DNA from: an uncultured Bdellovibrionales bacterium
GTDB taxonomy: Bacteria > Bdellovibrionota > Bdellovibrionia > Bdellovibrionales > UBA1609
Direction of reading: 5' to 3'
DNA length: 64,000 nt
Assembly (NCBI GenBank): GCA_903833275.1
Contig: CAILEP010000006.1
Location: forward strand, 259,652 to 323,651
Shown: positions 10,390 to 20,491 of the stretch, one piece after another
Layout: the number at the start of each line of letters is the position of its first letter
Position numbering within the stretch: position 1 is the first letter of the stretch
Made by a program: the position numbers and the translations under genes
The notes under the pieces: generated by a model
The model's database searches: none
Told to the model about the DNA's origin: nothing
The model's input: the letters and a program-made list of their open reading frames with translations, nothing else

Positions 10390-10437
10390 TCCTAATTGTT
10401 ACTTGTGGCGCCCAGTGACTGTGGCGGCTGACGAGAA

Positions 10438-10466
10438 AGCCTCATCAATGATGGGGCTTTTTTTTT
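10438..10466 (+). terminator. intrinsic terminator after recA
   Basis: Stem AGCCTCATC / GATGGGGCT (one mismatch) with a 3-nt loop, followed by a run of nine T. It overlaps the last codons of the convergent gene. Confidence 0.65.
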
Positions 10467-11818
10467 GTCACAGGGCTTAGTGGGCCCGGGTCGCGCATAT
10501 CCCAAGACGATATGCCGTCGAGATTAAGGGGGCCATTGAAGGCTTTTGTTAAAGCGAGGCCCTCTTCGTCGAGTTGAACTTTGGGCTCATCGTCCGAGCC
10601 GACATTTACGACTCCAAAAAAGTGCTTATCATCAAGTGGCATCGGGTGATCGAGTTCATTGGTCTCGCTGTCGAGTACAATTGAAATTGGTAACATTGCG
10701 GCAGATGACCCGAGCAGAACGGCCGTCACTTCGTAGAGATCTTTTTCGCGCATACGCATACAGCCATGAGAGACAAAGCCACGAAGTAAGTGGCCAGTGA
10801 TGGGGCCGTGTAAGCCAAGTTTAGTCCAGCCATATTTGGGGTTTGGGTTGTCAAAGACCGGCAAAAACGGTCTGCAATTGAAATAGTCGGGGTAGCAATG
10901 TTGCAGAAGCTGCTTCGCACTCGCTTTAATTAAAAATCCGTTTTCAATGTTGGGGGTCATTAAGCGACGAGCGCGATCGGCGGTGGTGACGCCGTCATCG
11001 AGGCCACCGACGCCAAGCGGATAAACGATCGTGATGTCGTTGCTAGAATCACGTGCAACAAGTTTTCGAGCGAAAAGATCAACGGTGTAAGAGAAACTTG
11101 TCTTTTGGATGTTAATCTCGGGGCCCTTTTCTTCGATGTTGACGACCCGTTTTGCTTTTAAGTCGACAGTGACGGTGAAGCGTTGAAAAAATGAGACCGA
11201 ATAGTCGCCCTTTAGATTTACAAAAGTGAGCAAAGGTACATAAACGAGATTTGAATTCTCGTCGTCAACACTGGGTTCAGACTCTATTTGGGCGCTAAAA
11301 ATCTTGCTAAAGCGGCTGTCGTTTGAGCGTTCGTGAATATAGGCAATGCGGGGTTTCTCGGCATCTTCTGGTTTGCCAATCGCCATTAAATCTTCTTTGG
11401 CATAATCAGACGGTACTTCGTCGGGGAGGTTATAAAATTCATTTTGCAGAGCGCTTTGACTTCGAAGCTCTGGGGGCAATTTCAACTTGTTCGCTGGGCT
11501 AAGTGGCACACGATAAAACGAATCGCCATGGGGGCCAGCCGGATCATATGAAACCACTTGCATAAAGTAATTCGGGTCTTCGGGTGCGAGATCGAGTCGC
11601 TTTGGGCGCTTAACCAAATCGGCATAAAGAATCTTGGCTATTTTACCGTAGGGGTGGTTGGTGAAGTTAACTAGATCACGAAGGTCGACATGCAGACCAG
11701 AAACGGGTTCTCGGGGTTCGGCGTGCAAAAACGGTGAAATCGTGAGAATGGCGAGGGCCGCGCCCATCTTAATCAATGTGCGCGCGAAAAACGTCAATGT
11801 TGTCGAAAAATTAAACAC
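10445..11818 (-). CDS. L,D-transpeptidase (YkuD) domain protein, secreted
   Basis: Signal-like N-terminus and catalytic motif LHGPITGHLLRGFVSHGCMRM near the C-terminal third. Confidence 0.8.
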   Translation of the reverse strand: MFNFSTTLTFFARTLIKMGAALAILTISPFLHAEPREPVSGLHVDLRDLVNFTNHPYGKIAKILYADLVKRPKRLDLAPEDPNYFMQVVSYDPAGPHGDSFYRVPLSPANKLKLPPELRSQSALQNEFYNLPDEVPSDYAKEDLMAIGKPEDAEKPRIAYIHERSNDSRFSKIFSAQIESEPSVDDENSNLVYVPLLTFVNLKGDYSVSFFQRFTVTVDLKAKRVVNIEEKGPEINIQKTSFSYTVDLFARKLVARDSSNDITIVYPLGVGGLDDGVTTADRARRLMTPNIENGFLIKASAKQLLQHCYPDYFNCRPFLPVFDNPNPKYGWTKLGLHGPITGHLLRGFVSHGCMRMREKDLYEVTAVLLGSSAAMLPISIVLDSETNELDHPMPLDDKHFFGVVNVGSDDEPKVQLDEEGLALTKAFNGPLNLDGISSWDMRDPGPLSPVTKKKPHH

Positions 11819-11897
11819 TTTTCACCTCTGAAAATGAACTAAATTGCTCTATACAAGTCGAAGTCAGATAGAGCAAATTTAGGGCCAGAGGGTAAGG

Positions 11898-13916
11898 CTA
11901 GAAACTCATCTTATAGTCAAGTTTGGCCACAATTTCACGAGAGGGGGCGGGGAGTGGCGAATGCTCGCCGCCCGAGCCACCGTAGGGCTGAATATAGCGC
12001 GCGTTTTGATTGAGAATGTTGAATATCCCGACGCCGCCCGAAAGGCCCTTTAAAAGGATGTCGTCGCGCGACAGGAAAAGGTTAAACAAAATATGCTCTT
12101 GTTCGGGCTTTAGCGCCATGGCCCCGAGAGCAGAGTCATATTCGTAGCCGTAGGTGTGGCTCATATAAACCAGGCTCGGATTCAATTTAATATTATGTTT
12201 TTTAAGAAGTACGACTGATGAATTTAAAGACACTTTGTGTTGAGGCTCACCCGCCAGCGCACTTTTGGTTTGGGCGACGGCAAATTTCGGTACCCCATTA
12301 CTGGTCACTTCGTAATATGAATAACTGAGCTGCATCTGACCCCAGATTTTTCTCAAACGATAATCGAGTTCGAGGCCGTGAGTGCCAACTTTTGAGAAGT
12401 TGTCATATTCGTCGCTGCCTGTGGGGCTAACCGAATAGATAATCGGGTTTTCTATTAAAGTGTCGTACAGATTGGCGGTTAAGTAGCTGCTTTGTGAAGT
12501 TTCAAAGCCGTATTCAATTTCAAAAGTTGAAGTCTTCTCGGGTAAGATGCCGGCGTGCACTTCGATATTTTGAAGGGCTGGCGTACGAAATGCCTCAGAA
12601 TAGAGAACCTTGCTGTGCCATTTTTTAGACTCTTTGGTTAGGCCAACACGAGGCAGAAAAGAATCGCGTGTAAAATTCGGATTTTCATATCGCGCGCCAA
12701 TGGCCAAATTGAAGTTTTGCGGTAAATTATAAAGAAGCTGCGTGTACGTTGCACGGCTATTAAAATCTTGGCTGTGTTTGCCGCCCTCGAGAAGGTTTGT
12801 GCCGGCGTAATTAATCGCCCAGTCGTGATCATTTAAATACTCAAAGCCTGCAAGTAGGTTCGCATTTTTGCTGGCTTCATAGCTCGCGGTGATACTCGTT
12901 TTAGTTCGTTGGGTTTTAAGGTCAAAAATGCCATAGCCGGCGGATATTAATTCGGGCTCTGTCTGGCGCCAGGGTTCAAAGTCGGAGAATTTAATTTGAG
13001 GGGTAATTTTCAATTTTGAATTGACGTTATAGGTGTAGTCGGCGACGACCGCAAACATTCTAAATTCATTTAGAAAATTAAAGCCAGAATTAGAATAGTT
13101 ATACATCGTGGCGGTCGTGAGTTTGTAGTCATTGTCGATTACACGAAAATTTAGGGTACCTTTCTTGAGCCCAAAATTGAAATAGGTCGGCGTTAAGACA
13201 TCTGCGTTTTTAAAATCGATTGAGCCCGATGCTGGAATAAGTGGGTTATAGCCGGTGTAGGTGCCTTCGCCACGATTAGCAACGCCGCCGTAGGCACCGA
13301 AGCTATACTCCCAATCATTAGATTTGCCGCCGAAAGTGACGCTTAGATTTTTTCGTTCTGAACCGCCAACCATTCGGCCGTAAGTCAATTCACTACTTGC
13401 GCCTTTAAGGTCGCCGCCACTTTTTGTCGTAATATTAAAAACAGCTAATTCGGCAAACCCGCCGTAAATGGCTGAGCCGGGGCCACGAATAATTTCAATT
13501 CTTTTAATTTGGTCAACCGGAAACTCATTGCCGAATTGAGTGGTGCCGTAAGCGGGTTCGTTCATTTCAACGCCGTCGACAATTAGTGCATACTTGCCTT
13601 CGTAGGCCCAGATGCCGCGTACACTCATCCCAACGACGCCCTGAACATCGTAATTGAAGTTGACGCTTGGTACGAGTCGCAAAACATCAATAAGATCGCG
13701 GGCGCCCATATCATGAATTTCTTGGTCGGTGATTACAGTAATAATGCCAGGGGTTGAATGAACGCTAACTTCTTTTTTGGTGGCGACTGTGGTTTTGACA
13801 TTCAATAGATCTTCGAGTGTGGTGCCACTGAGATCGAGATCTTGCGCTGGTGAGGCGTTGCTTAACAATAAAATCGAAACGAGAAGAAAAAGGCTTTGTA
13901 TATTTAGTCGCTGCAT
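11898..13916 (-). CDS. TonB-dependent outer-membrane receptor
   Basis: Signal peptide, plug-domain motifs (TPGIITVITDQEI, DLIDVLRLVPSV, IEIIRGPGSAIYG), a long beta-rich barrel and a terminal aromatic residue (KMSF). Confidence 0.9.
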   Translation of the reverse strand: MQRLNIQSLFLLVSILLLSNASPAQDLDLSGTTLEDLLNVKTTVATKKEVSVHSTPGIITVITDQEIHDMGARDLIDVLRLVPSVNFNYDVQGVVGMSVRGIWAYEGKYALIVDGVEMNEPAYGTTQFGNEFPVDQIKRIEIIRGPGSAIYGGFAELAVFNITTKSGGDLKGASSELTYGRMVGGSERKNLSVTFGGKSNDWEYSFGAYGGVANRGEGTYTGYNPLIPASGSIDFKNADVLTPTYFNFGLKKGTLNFRVIDNDYKLTTATMYNYSNSGFNFLNEFRMFAVVADYTYNVNSKLKITPQIKFSDFEPWRQTEPELISAGYGIFDLKTQRTKTSITASYEASKNANLLAGFEYLNDHDWAINYAGTNLLEGGKHSQDFNSRATYTQLLYNLPQNFNLAIGARYENPNFTRDSFLPRVGLTKESKKWHSKVLYSEAFRTPALQNIEVHAGILPEKTSTFEIEYGFETSQSSYLTANLYDTLIENPIIYSVSPTGSDEYDNFSKVGTHGLELDYRLRKIWGQMQLSYSYYEVTSNGVPKFAVAQTKSALAGEPQHKVSLNSSVVLLKKHNIKLNPSLVYMSHTYGYEYDSALGAMALKPEQEHILFNLFLSRDDILLKGLSGGVGIFNILNQNARYIQPYGGSGGEHSPLPAPSREIVAKLDYKMSF

Positions 13917-13992
13917 TTAGAAGTCCTTTGAGAATCAATGATGACTAATTGGCCTCTAAATTGAAGCATTATTTGCTAAAGTGGGCAACGCA

Positions 13993-14559
13993 CTATTTGG
14001 ACGATCGACTCGGCGGGTAGAGCTCGTAATAATTAACCAGAATATGAGGCGCGTCGCTCGGGGCAAGAACAGAATTGTAACTCCGCGGGCCTTTAAAGAT
14101 CATGCCAAGTTTCGCAAGTACGTTTTGCGAATTTATATGACTTGGCTCAGTGATGGCAAAAATTTTTTCAAGCTTAAGCTCTGAAAAGCCATATTCTATG
14201 ACGGCTCGAGAGGCCTCAGTCGCGAAGCCGCGGCCCCAGAATTTCTTTTTCAACCGATAGCCCAATTCGATTTCGTTATACTGAGGCAAGGGGCGCAACA
14301 TCACCCAGCCGACAAACTCATTGGTGTCCTTCGTCAGCAAAATCCAGTTGCCCATGCCAGGGTTTTCGCTCATAGACTTTAAAATGCGAGCTGTGGCCGC
14401 GTTGACTTGTTCGCGGGTTGACGGCGTGCCGCCATTGATAAAGTTCATAACGGCCGGGTCGCTGTCGAGATCAAATAAATGGTCGCAGTCGGTTGCCTCA
14501 AAAACTTTGTACTTGAGGCGATCTGATTTCAGTTGAAACTGCTTAGCGCTGTTCTTCAT
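13993..14559 (-). CDS. GNAT-family N-acetyltransferase (RimJ/RimL-like)
   Basis: FWGRGFATEASRAVIEYGF acetyl-CoA-binding motif. 17-nt overlap with the aspartate kinase gene. Confidence 0.8.
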   Translation of the reverse strand: MKNSAKQFQLKSDRLKYKVFEATDCDHLFDLDSDPAVMNFINGGTPSTREQVNAATARILKSMSENPGMGNWILLTKDTNEFVGWVMLRPLPQYNEIELGYRLKKKFWGRGFATEASRAVIEYGFSELKLEKIFAITEPSHINSQNVLAKLGMIFKGPRSYNSVLAPSDAPHILVNYYELYPPSRSSK

Positions 14560-15679
14560 GGCTCACGCCCTTGTGGTAAGCCCGAACCGTCTCGACCAGA
14601 TTTATGCGCTCGACAATTTCAGTTTCGCTTTTGGCATCAGAGTAGGTTTTGGTCACTGTGGCAATGGGCCCGCGTTCTAGTCGCAAGCTCGATGATGACT
14701 TGAGCTCGGCAATAATGCTGTCGAGAGCATAATGATCAGAGGTGCCTGCGGTAATTAACGATCGATAGGTGCCGTTACTAAAGTTTTGTCGCAATATTTG
14801 CAGCGGTGCTAAATCGAGTTTGTCCTGCAGTTCGCGAAGTAATTTTTCTCCGTGTTGTAGGTCATTGGCCAAGCCACTGATTTCTGCTACGTAGGCGTGA
14901 GAATTGACGCCTAGAAGTTTTCGTGCGGAAGGTCTTTCGCTTTGAAGAACAATTTCGGTGCCAAGCTTGAAGTTTTCAGAGCGCCCGATATGTAAGTGCG
15001 CGCGGTGCTCACGAGCCCACTCGACCGAACGATAATTGAGCACTTTAGCTCCCCAAAAACAAAATTCATAAAGCACGTCAATGGGCAGTTTTTTAAAGAG
15101 CACTGCGCTCTCAACAATTTTGGGGTCGGCTGAATAGACGCCGTCGACGTCTTTCAATATTTCGCAACGAGCGGCCTTGAAGTGTGCCGCCATGGCCACG
15201 GCCGTGGTGTCTGAGCCGCCGCGGCCAAGGGTCGTGATTTCGCGGCTAATGGGGTCGACACCTTGAAAGCCGGCAAGCACAACGACCTTTTGGGTTGCCA
15301 AAGCTTCAGCGACGCGAATGGGCTTGAGCTCAATTATTTTTGCATTGGTAAAAGAGGCATCAGTGAGCACTCCGGCTTGGCTGCCGGTAAAGCTGATCGA
15401 GGGGCAATTTAAGTCGTGTAGGGCCATAGACATCAGCGCCATCGAAACCCGTTCGCCGGTTGTCAGAAGCATGTCGAGCTCGCGGCGATTTGGTTTTTCG
15501 GAGACTTCGCGGGCGAGTCGCAAAAGTTCGTCGGTGCTTTTGCCCATGGCGCTGACGACAACAATGAGTGGGTGCCCTTGGCTATGCAATTCAGAAATTC
15601 GCTGAGCTACACTTCGAATTAACTGCGGAGTGGCCAGGCTTGAGCCGCCAAATTTAAGAACGATGAGTGGTTTTGACAT
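14543..15679 (-). CDS. lysC: aspartate kinase
   Basis: MSKPLIVLKFGGSSLA N-terminus, TLGRGGSDTTAV motif and a C-terminal ACT-like region. Confidence 0.9.
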   Translation of the reverse strand: MSKPLIVLKFGGSSLATPQLIRSVAQRISELHSQGHPLIVVVSAMGKSTDELLRLAREVSEKPNRRELDMLLTTGERVSMALMSMALHDLNCPSISFTGSQAGVLTDASFTNAKIIELKPIRVAEALATQKVVVLAGFQGVDPISREITTLGRGGSDTTAVAMAAHFKAARCEILKDVDGVYSADPKIVESAVLFKKLPIDVLYEFCFWGAKVLNYRSVEWAREHRAHLHIGRSENFKLGTEIVLQSERPSARKLLGVNSHAYVAEISGLANDLQHGEKLLRELQDKLDLAPLQILRQNFSNGTYRSLITAGTSDHYALDSIIAELKSSSSLRLERGPIATVTKTYSDAKSETEIVERINLVETVRAYHKGVSHEEQR

Positions 15680-15729
15680 CGCGACCAATTTAATTCGAGT
15701 CACCAAAATTAGCCAGTCGAATTTCTCTT

Positions 15730-16686
15730 CTAGTTCGACATGGCAAGGCGAGATCTGGCATAGCGCTGAGCGCGCCCCAACGAACCTCTGGGGATTCTGA
15801 TTTTATGGCGACTGAGAAAGTGCGGTATAAAGCCCCGAGTGATTTCAGGGTTCATTGTCACCAAAGATTCGCGATCGAGGCCGAGATACTCCGAAAGACT
15901 TTCAAGGTCGGTGCCGCCGGGGGCGTAAAATTCGTCATAGGTGATTGGTGATTGTGGGCTCAAGTCGCGAAAGCCATAGAGGCGGGGCGATTTCGCAATT
16001 AACATCGCGGCAATAAGTTTTGGAATGTACTGTTCGGTCTCTTGCGGAAAGTCTCTTTTCTTCGACAGCGCCCAATAATTTCGGGTTTGGTATTTACTGA
16101 CTAAAGCTTTAACGCGACCCTCGCCCATATTGTAGGCTGCCGCGGCGAGATACCAAGAATTGAACATGCGATAAAGATCGTTAAGATAGGTGGCGGCCGC
16201 GAGAGTGCTTTTCACCATGTCTCGGCGCTCGTCGAGCCACCAATCCGTCTTAAGGCCGTAGCGGTTGGCTGTTGATTTCATAAACTGCCAAGGGCCCACG
16301 GCATCAGCGGTGCTTGTAGCCTTCATCGAAAACCCGCTTTCGATCATCGCCAGATAGGCCAAATCAGAGGGCAAGCCCTGCGCCGAGAGAACCGGAGTAA
16401 TTTTTGGCAAATATTTGTAAGATCTTTCGAGCCAAACTTTAAAATCTCGTTTGCCACTGGTCTGGTAGAATTGAATCCAGGTTTTTACTTTGGAGTTATA
16501 GGTCACCGGGAGGTCGAAGTAGGGCCCTTCGTTAACCGAAGTGTAAACAAGGTCGCCGTGAACTTCGGTGTGAATAGGCGGGGGGGCCAGCGCCGCACTA
16601 GAGGGCAATTCACCGCGCGCCGAAGTGTCGGTCGAAGCAAATGCGATATTTACAAAAAGAAAAACAATAAATGAAATCCATTTCAT
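15730..16686 (-). CDS. lytic murein transglycosylase (SLT domain)
   Basis: Signal peptide and catalytic motif LAMIESGFSMKATSTADAVGPWQFM, then AAAYNMGEGRV. Divergent from the flgF operon. Confidence 0.85.
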   Translation of the reverse strand: MKWISFIVFLFVNIAFASTDTSARGELPSSAALAPPPIHTEVHGDLVYTSVNEGPYFDLPVTYNSKVKTWIQFYQTSGKRDFKVWLERSYKYLPKITPVLSAQGLPSDLAYLAMIESGFSMKATSTADAVGPWQFMKSTANRYGLKTDWWLDERRDMVKSTLAAATYLNDLYRMFNSWYLAAAAYNMGEGRVKALVSKYQTRNYWALSKKRDFPQETEQYIPKLIAAMLIAKSPRLYGFRDLSPQSPITYDEFYAPGGTDLESLSEYLGLDRESLVTMNPEITRGFIPHFLSRHKIRIPRGSLGRAQRYARSRLAMSN

Positions 16687-16924
16687 CCATAAACAGTATG
16701 TGAGTATTTAGCGGCGACGTCGAGGTAGATGCGCGTAGTCCAGACAAAATCGTGATGGTCGATGTCATGAAAATGACGTGTTTTATGAAAATGCTGCGTG
16801 ACCTAGGTCTAGCGGCTGAGAATATCGCCAGTGCACCTATCGCCGCTCTTTCGAAGTAAATAGACAAAAACTTTAGCTAAAAAAACAATTACAGACTTGT
16901 AGCGAGCTCGCCCTGTGGCGGGGG

Positions 16925-16940
16925 TGGCATGGCCCTTGCT
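16925..16940 (+). promoter_or_regulatory. sigma-54 (RpoN) promoter of the flgFGAHI operon
   Basis: TGGCAT-GGCCC-TTGCT with the canonical GG-N10-GC spacing, about 65 nt upstream of the flgF start. Confidence 0.75.
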
Positions 16941-17005
16941 CTACATGTTTGTGGAAGTCTAGGTAGAACTCGAAGTCAGTACTGAAAACCTAGACAGGAG
17001 GGGTT

Positions 17006-17815
17006 GTGAGCGCAAAAGGTATTTATTCAGCCTTAAGCGGAGCGATGGCACAAAGTCAGCGCCTCGAAACTATTTCGAACAACCTTGCAAACGCCAGCAC
17101 GACAGGTTTCAAAAAAGACACCCAGACCTTTAGCGAATACGTCACGGCCAACGAAAAAATGCCAGACTCTATAACTGTGCCACGAATCACCGCCTCGGTT
17201 GAAAGTTTTTACGACATGCAGGGTGGCGATCGCGCCTATACAGACTCGGCTGGCACTTATTCTGATTTCAGCCAAGGGGCTTTGAAAAATACCGAAGGCA
17301 ATCTTGATTTTGCTCTTGAGGGCAAAGGCTTTTTCGAAGTTCTGACACCCGACGGAGTAAAGCTCACGCGTGGCGGCGCCTTAAAGGTGGATAGCGAAAG
17401 TCATTTAGTGACCGCAGACGGTTTTCTTGTGCTCAAGGGCGGCAGTGGCGCCGACCCGGCTCAACGGGCCATTCAGGTCAGCGGCAAAAACCTCACCGTC
17501 GGCTTCGGTGGCGAGATTTTCGACGGCGAAAATTCAGTTGGCAAATTATCTGTTGTTGATGTTGAAAATCGCGACGCTCTTCAAAAGGTCGGCAATTCGA
17601 TGTACAGCCTCAAGCCGAACTATGCCGCGACCACTAAGCCAGCCGAAGAATTTAAAGTTCATCAAGGCTTTCTTGAGATGAGTAACGTCAACATAGTCGA
17701 CGAAATGACAAATATGATTCAGGCATCTCGAACCTTTGAAGCAAATAGAAATGCGATTAAGGCTTTCGACCAAATGGATGAAAAGTTAGTGAACGTAGTG
17801 CCAAAGACGACTTGA
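17006..17815 (+). CDS. flgF: flagellar basal-body rod protein FlgF
   Basis: N-terminal ISNNLANASTTGFKKD and C-terminal LEMSNVNIVDEMTNMIQASRTFEAN rod-protein motifs. GTG start after AGGAGGGG. Confidence 0.9.
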   Translation: MSAKGIYSALSGAMAQSQRLETISNNLANASTTGFKKDTQTFSEYVTANEKMPDSITVPRITASVESFYDMQGGDRAYTDSAGTYSDFSQGALKNTEGNLDFALEGKGFFEVLTPDGVKLTRGGALKVDSESHLVTADGFLVLKGGSGADPAQRAIQVSGKNLTVGFGGEIFDGENSVGKLSVVDVENRDALQKVGNSMYSLKPNYAATTKPAEEFKVHQGFLEMSNVNIVDEMTNMIQASRTFEANRNAIKAFDQMDEKLVNVVPKTT

Positions 17816-17851
17816 TAATTTCGGGTCACCTAATGTGACCGTGGAGTAAGA

Positions 17852-18637
17852 ATGTTCAAAGCTCTCAATACGGCAGCGACTGGCATGAAGGCTCAGCAGA
17901 CCAACATGGACGTCATCGCCAACAATCTTGCCAACGTCTCGACTATGGGTTTTAAAAAGGCCCGTGCAGAATTTGAAGATCTACTTTATGAAAACGTAAA
18001 AGAGCCGGGTTCGGCTACGGGCGCAAACTCAATTTCACCGACGGGCGTGCAAGTCGGCCTTGGTGCAAAAACATCGGCTGTTGAAAAAGATTTTACTCAA
18101 GGTTCGACGAAGGTGACCAATGCTCCGTTTGACGTCGAGGTAAATGGTTCAGGGTTCTTTCCGGTTATGCAGCAAAACGGCCAAGTGGCCTATACTCGCG
18201 ACGGAGCCTTTAAAAAAGGCCCAGACGGTCGCCTTCAAGATAAAAACGGCAACCTTCTTCAGCCAGAAATCACGATACCTGGCAATGCTCAAGGGGTTGA
18301 GATTGGCCAAACCGGTGTCGTTCAAGTTATTTTTCAAGATAGCATGGCCCCACAAAACGTTGGGCAACTTCAACTTGTTTCATTCGTGAACCCAGCGGGC
18401 TTAAAGAGTGTGGGCGGCAACTTGTTTGTGCCGTCGCCCTCAAGCGGGGTACCGCAGCAGGGGATACCTGGTCAAAATGGCCTCGGGACAATTTCGCAGG
18501 GGCAGCTTGAAACGAGCAACGTAAATATAGTTGATGAAATGGTAAATATGATTACGGCGCAGAGATCTTACGAGACAAATTCGAAGGTTGTGCAAGCGTC
18601 AGATCAAATGCTGCAGTCGACGAACAACTTGAGGTAG
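17852..18637 (+). CDS. flgG: flagellar distal rod protein FlgG
   Basis: MFKALNTAATGMKAQQTNMDVIANNLANVSTMGFKK N-terminus and LETSNVNIVDEMVNMITAQRSYE C-terminus. Confidence 0.95.
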   Translation: MFKALNTAATGMKAQQTNMDVIANNLANVSTMGFKKARAEFEDLLYENVKEPGSATGANSISPTGVQVGLGAKTSAVEKDFTQGSTKVTNAPFDVEVNGSGFFPVMQQNGQVAYTRDGAFKKGPDGRLQDKNGNLLQPEITIPGNAQGVEIGQTGVVQVIFQDSMAPQNVGQLQLVSFVNPAGLKSVGGNLFVPSPSSGVPQQGIPGQNGLGTISQGQLETSNVNIVDEMVNMITAQRSYETNSKVVQASDQMLQSTNNLR

Positions 18638-18641
18638 TGAT

Positions 18642-19619
18642 TTGAAGTCAGGTCTAGATACTTTTATTTCAATTTTGATATCGGTGGCGGTTTTGCCATC
18701 GCTCCTATTTTTGTCGGCCCCCGCTGTTCATGCTGGCCAGCATATTGAAATTAAAGTTTTGCCGTATATTAGAATCGAGAAGGGCGATAAAATCACCCTG
18801 CTTGATATCGTCAGCCGCAAAAATATCCCGACCGAAATTGAGAGCGAACTCGCCGCTATAACTTTGGCTGATGCGCCCAAGCTCGGCGAGCAGCGTGTTT
18901 TTAAAAATAGTGTAGTGGCCGGTGCGCTTCGCCAAAGCTCGACCCATCGCGACTGGGTTTTGCAAATCCCTCGTGAGGTAGTTGTCGAAAATCGCGGTTT
19001 TGAAATTAGCGAAGAGGCGATTCGCCAAGAGCTTAATTCGCGTTGGAAGACTATTTGCGGCGAATGCCAACTTGATATCAAAAATTTGCAGCTGCCAGTC
19101 ATTTCGGCTGAATACAAAAATACGCCCTGGTTTATCGAAAATGATGAAAAATTGCCGCGTGGGCATTTTGCTCAAAAAATCATTCTCACCAAGCCAGATG
19201 GTCGCCCGGTTATTTATTGGGTCAATGGCCAGCTCGAAATTCGAAAAAAAGTACCAGTGCTTAGCGGCAGTATTGTTTCGAGCACTCGCTTAACTGATGC
19301 CGATTTTTCTCTTGATTGGCGCGACGTGACCTATGCAACAGATTCGGCCGCCGACGCCAAGGATATTGTCGGGCAACAAACTAAATTTATGATGAACTCA
19401 GGCGACATTCTTTGGCGCGGTTCTCTAGTTAGAGAAAAGGCTGTTCAACGCGGCGAAATCGTACGCGTCATTTCTGGCGACGGAAGTTGGAAGATTTCGA
19501 TTACGGCCAAAACAGAGCAAGACGGCTTTGTGGGCGACACGGTTAACTTAAGAAACGTGCAAACTAACAAGTTAATTTCGGGGCGAGTGGTTAGTCGCGG
19601 CGAGGTTGAAGTCCAATGA
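18642..19619 (+). CDS. flgA: flagellar P-ring assembly chaperone FlgA (long form, 325 aa)
   Basis: Signal peptide, C-terminal SAF-like GEIVRVISGDG...GDTVNLRNVQTNKLISGRVVSRGEVEV, and position between flgG and flgH. Confidence 0.8.
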   Translation: MKSGLDTFISILISVAVLPSLLFLSAPAVHAGQHIEIKVLPYIRIEKGDKITLLDIVSRKNIPTEIESELAAITLADAPKLGEQRVFKNSVVAGALRQSSTHRDWVLQIPREVVVENRGFEISEEAIRQELNSRWKTICGECQLDIKNLQLPVISAEYKNTPWFIENDEKLPRGHFAQKIILTKPDGRPVIYWVNGQLEIRKKVPVLSGSIVSSTRLTDADFSLDWRDVTYATDSAADAKDIVGQQTKFMMNSGDILWRGSLVREKAVQRGEIVRVISGDGSWKISITAKTEQDGFVGDTVNLRNVQTNKLISGRVVSRGEVEVQ

Positions 19620-20491
19620 AAACACTTCGCGTAGCTCTGAGTTTAATAAGTTCAATAGCCATTTTGCTAAGCCTCGTTGGCAGCACCGGTTGCACGACGC
19701 TGGGCAAAGAATGGAAGAAAGTCATTGGTGATGACAGCGGTGAAAAGGCAAAAGCCTCGGGCGCCTCGGCGAGGCCCTTAAGTTATAATCAACAGAGCAA
19801 TGTAATGCCGAACACTTATCGAAAGTATAAACGCACCACGCGTGGTGATTTAGAGAACCAAGCTCACCTTGAAAGTAAGGCCGGGTCTCTTTGGGTGATG
19901 GAGGGTCAGGGCGCTTACCTTTTTTCGCAAAATATCGTGCGCATGATTGGCGACCCAATTGCGATTAAGCTCGAAGGCGACCCGGTTGAGCAGCTTTCGG
20001 CGAAATCAAAAGTGATTGCAAAATTGCTGGCTCAACTTGAAGAGCGTCGTCGTCGCGCAATGGGCCGCGCTCCGGCGGGTGGCGAAGAGGGTGCGAAACC
20101 CGATGATAAAGCAGCCGCGGCAAATGGGGCACCTGCGCCTGGCGCGCCGGGTGCACCGGCAGAAAAAGCGGCGAATGGCAAAAATGGTCAGCCGGGAGCT
20201 AACAGCCAAAATGCAAATGCGGCTAATGGTGGCGCTGCCGCTCCGGGTGTCGAAGAAACCAAAGATTTTGCGGTGAAAACAGTACCAACTCGAGTGGTCG
20301 AAAGAATGGTCGATGGCAACTATCGAATTCGCGGTATGCAGCCCTTTATGATTGGCCAGCGCGAATACAAGGTCATTGTTTCTGGGGTCGTAAAAGCTGA
20401 AGACTTTAATGAAGAGGGTATCAACTCTTCACAATTAATTGATTCGAGTTTCGATATCGTGAGTTCAAAGAGCGCGGAGAGTAGACAATGA
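19616..20491 (+). CDS. flgH: flagellar L-ring lipoprotein FlgH with a low-complexity insertion
   Basis: Lipobox LVGSTGC, GSLW motif, and C-terminal YRIRGMQPFMIGQREYKVIVSGVV. Contains an Ala/Gly/Pro/Asn-rich insert of about 70 aa. Confidence 0.9.
   Translation: MKTLRVALSLISSIAILLSLVGSTGCTTLGKEWKKVIGDDSGEKAKASGASARPLSYNQQSNVMPNTYRKYKRTTRGDLENQAHLESKAGSLWVMEGQGAYLFSQNIVRMIGDPIAIKLEGDPVEQLSAKSKVIAKLLAQLEERRRRAMGRAPAGGEEGAKPDDKAAAANGAPAPGAPGAPAEKAANGKNGQPGANSQNANAANGGAAAPGVEETKDFAVKTVPTRVVERMVDGNYRIRGMQPFMIGQREYKVIVSGVVKAEDFNEEGINSSQLIDSSFDIVSSKSAESRQ

Noticed and set aside
18705-19175. 156-aa and 129-aa minus-strand ORFs
   Set aside because: They are antisense within flgA, with no independent support.
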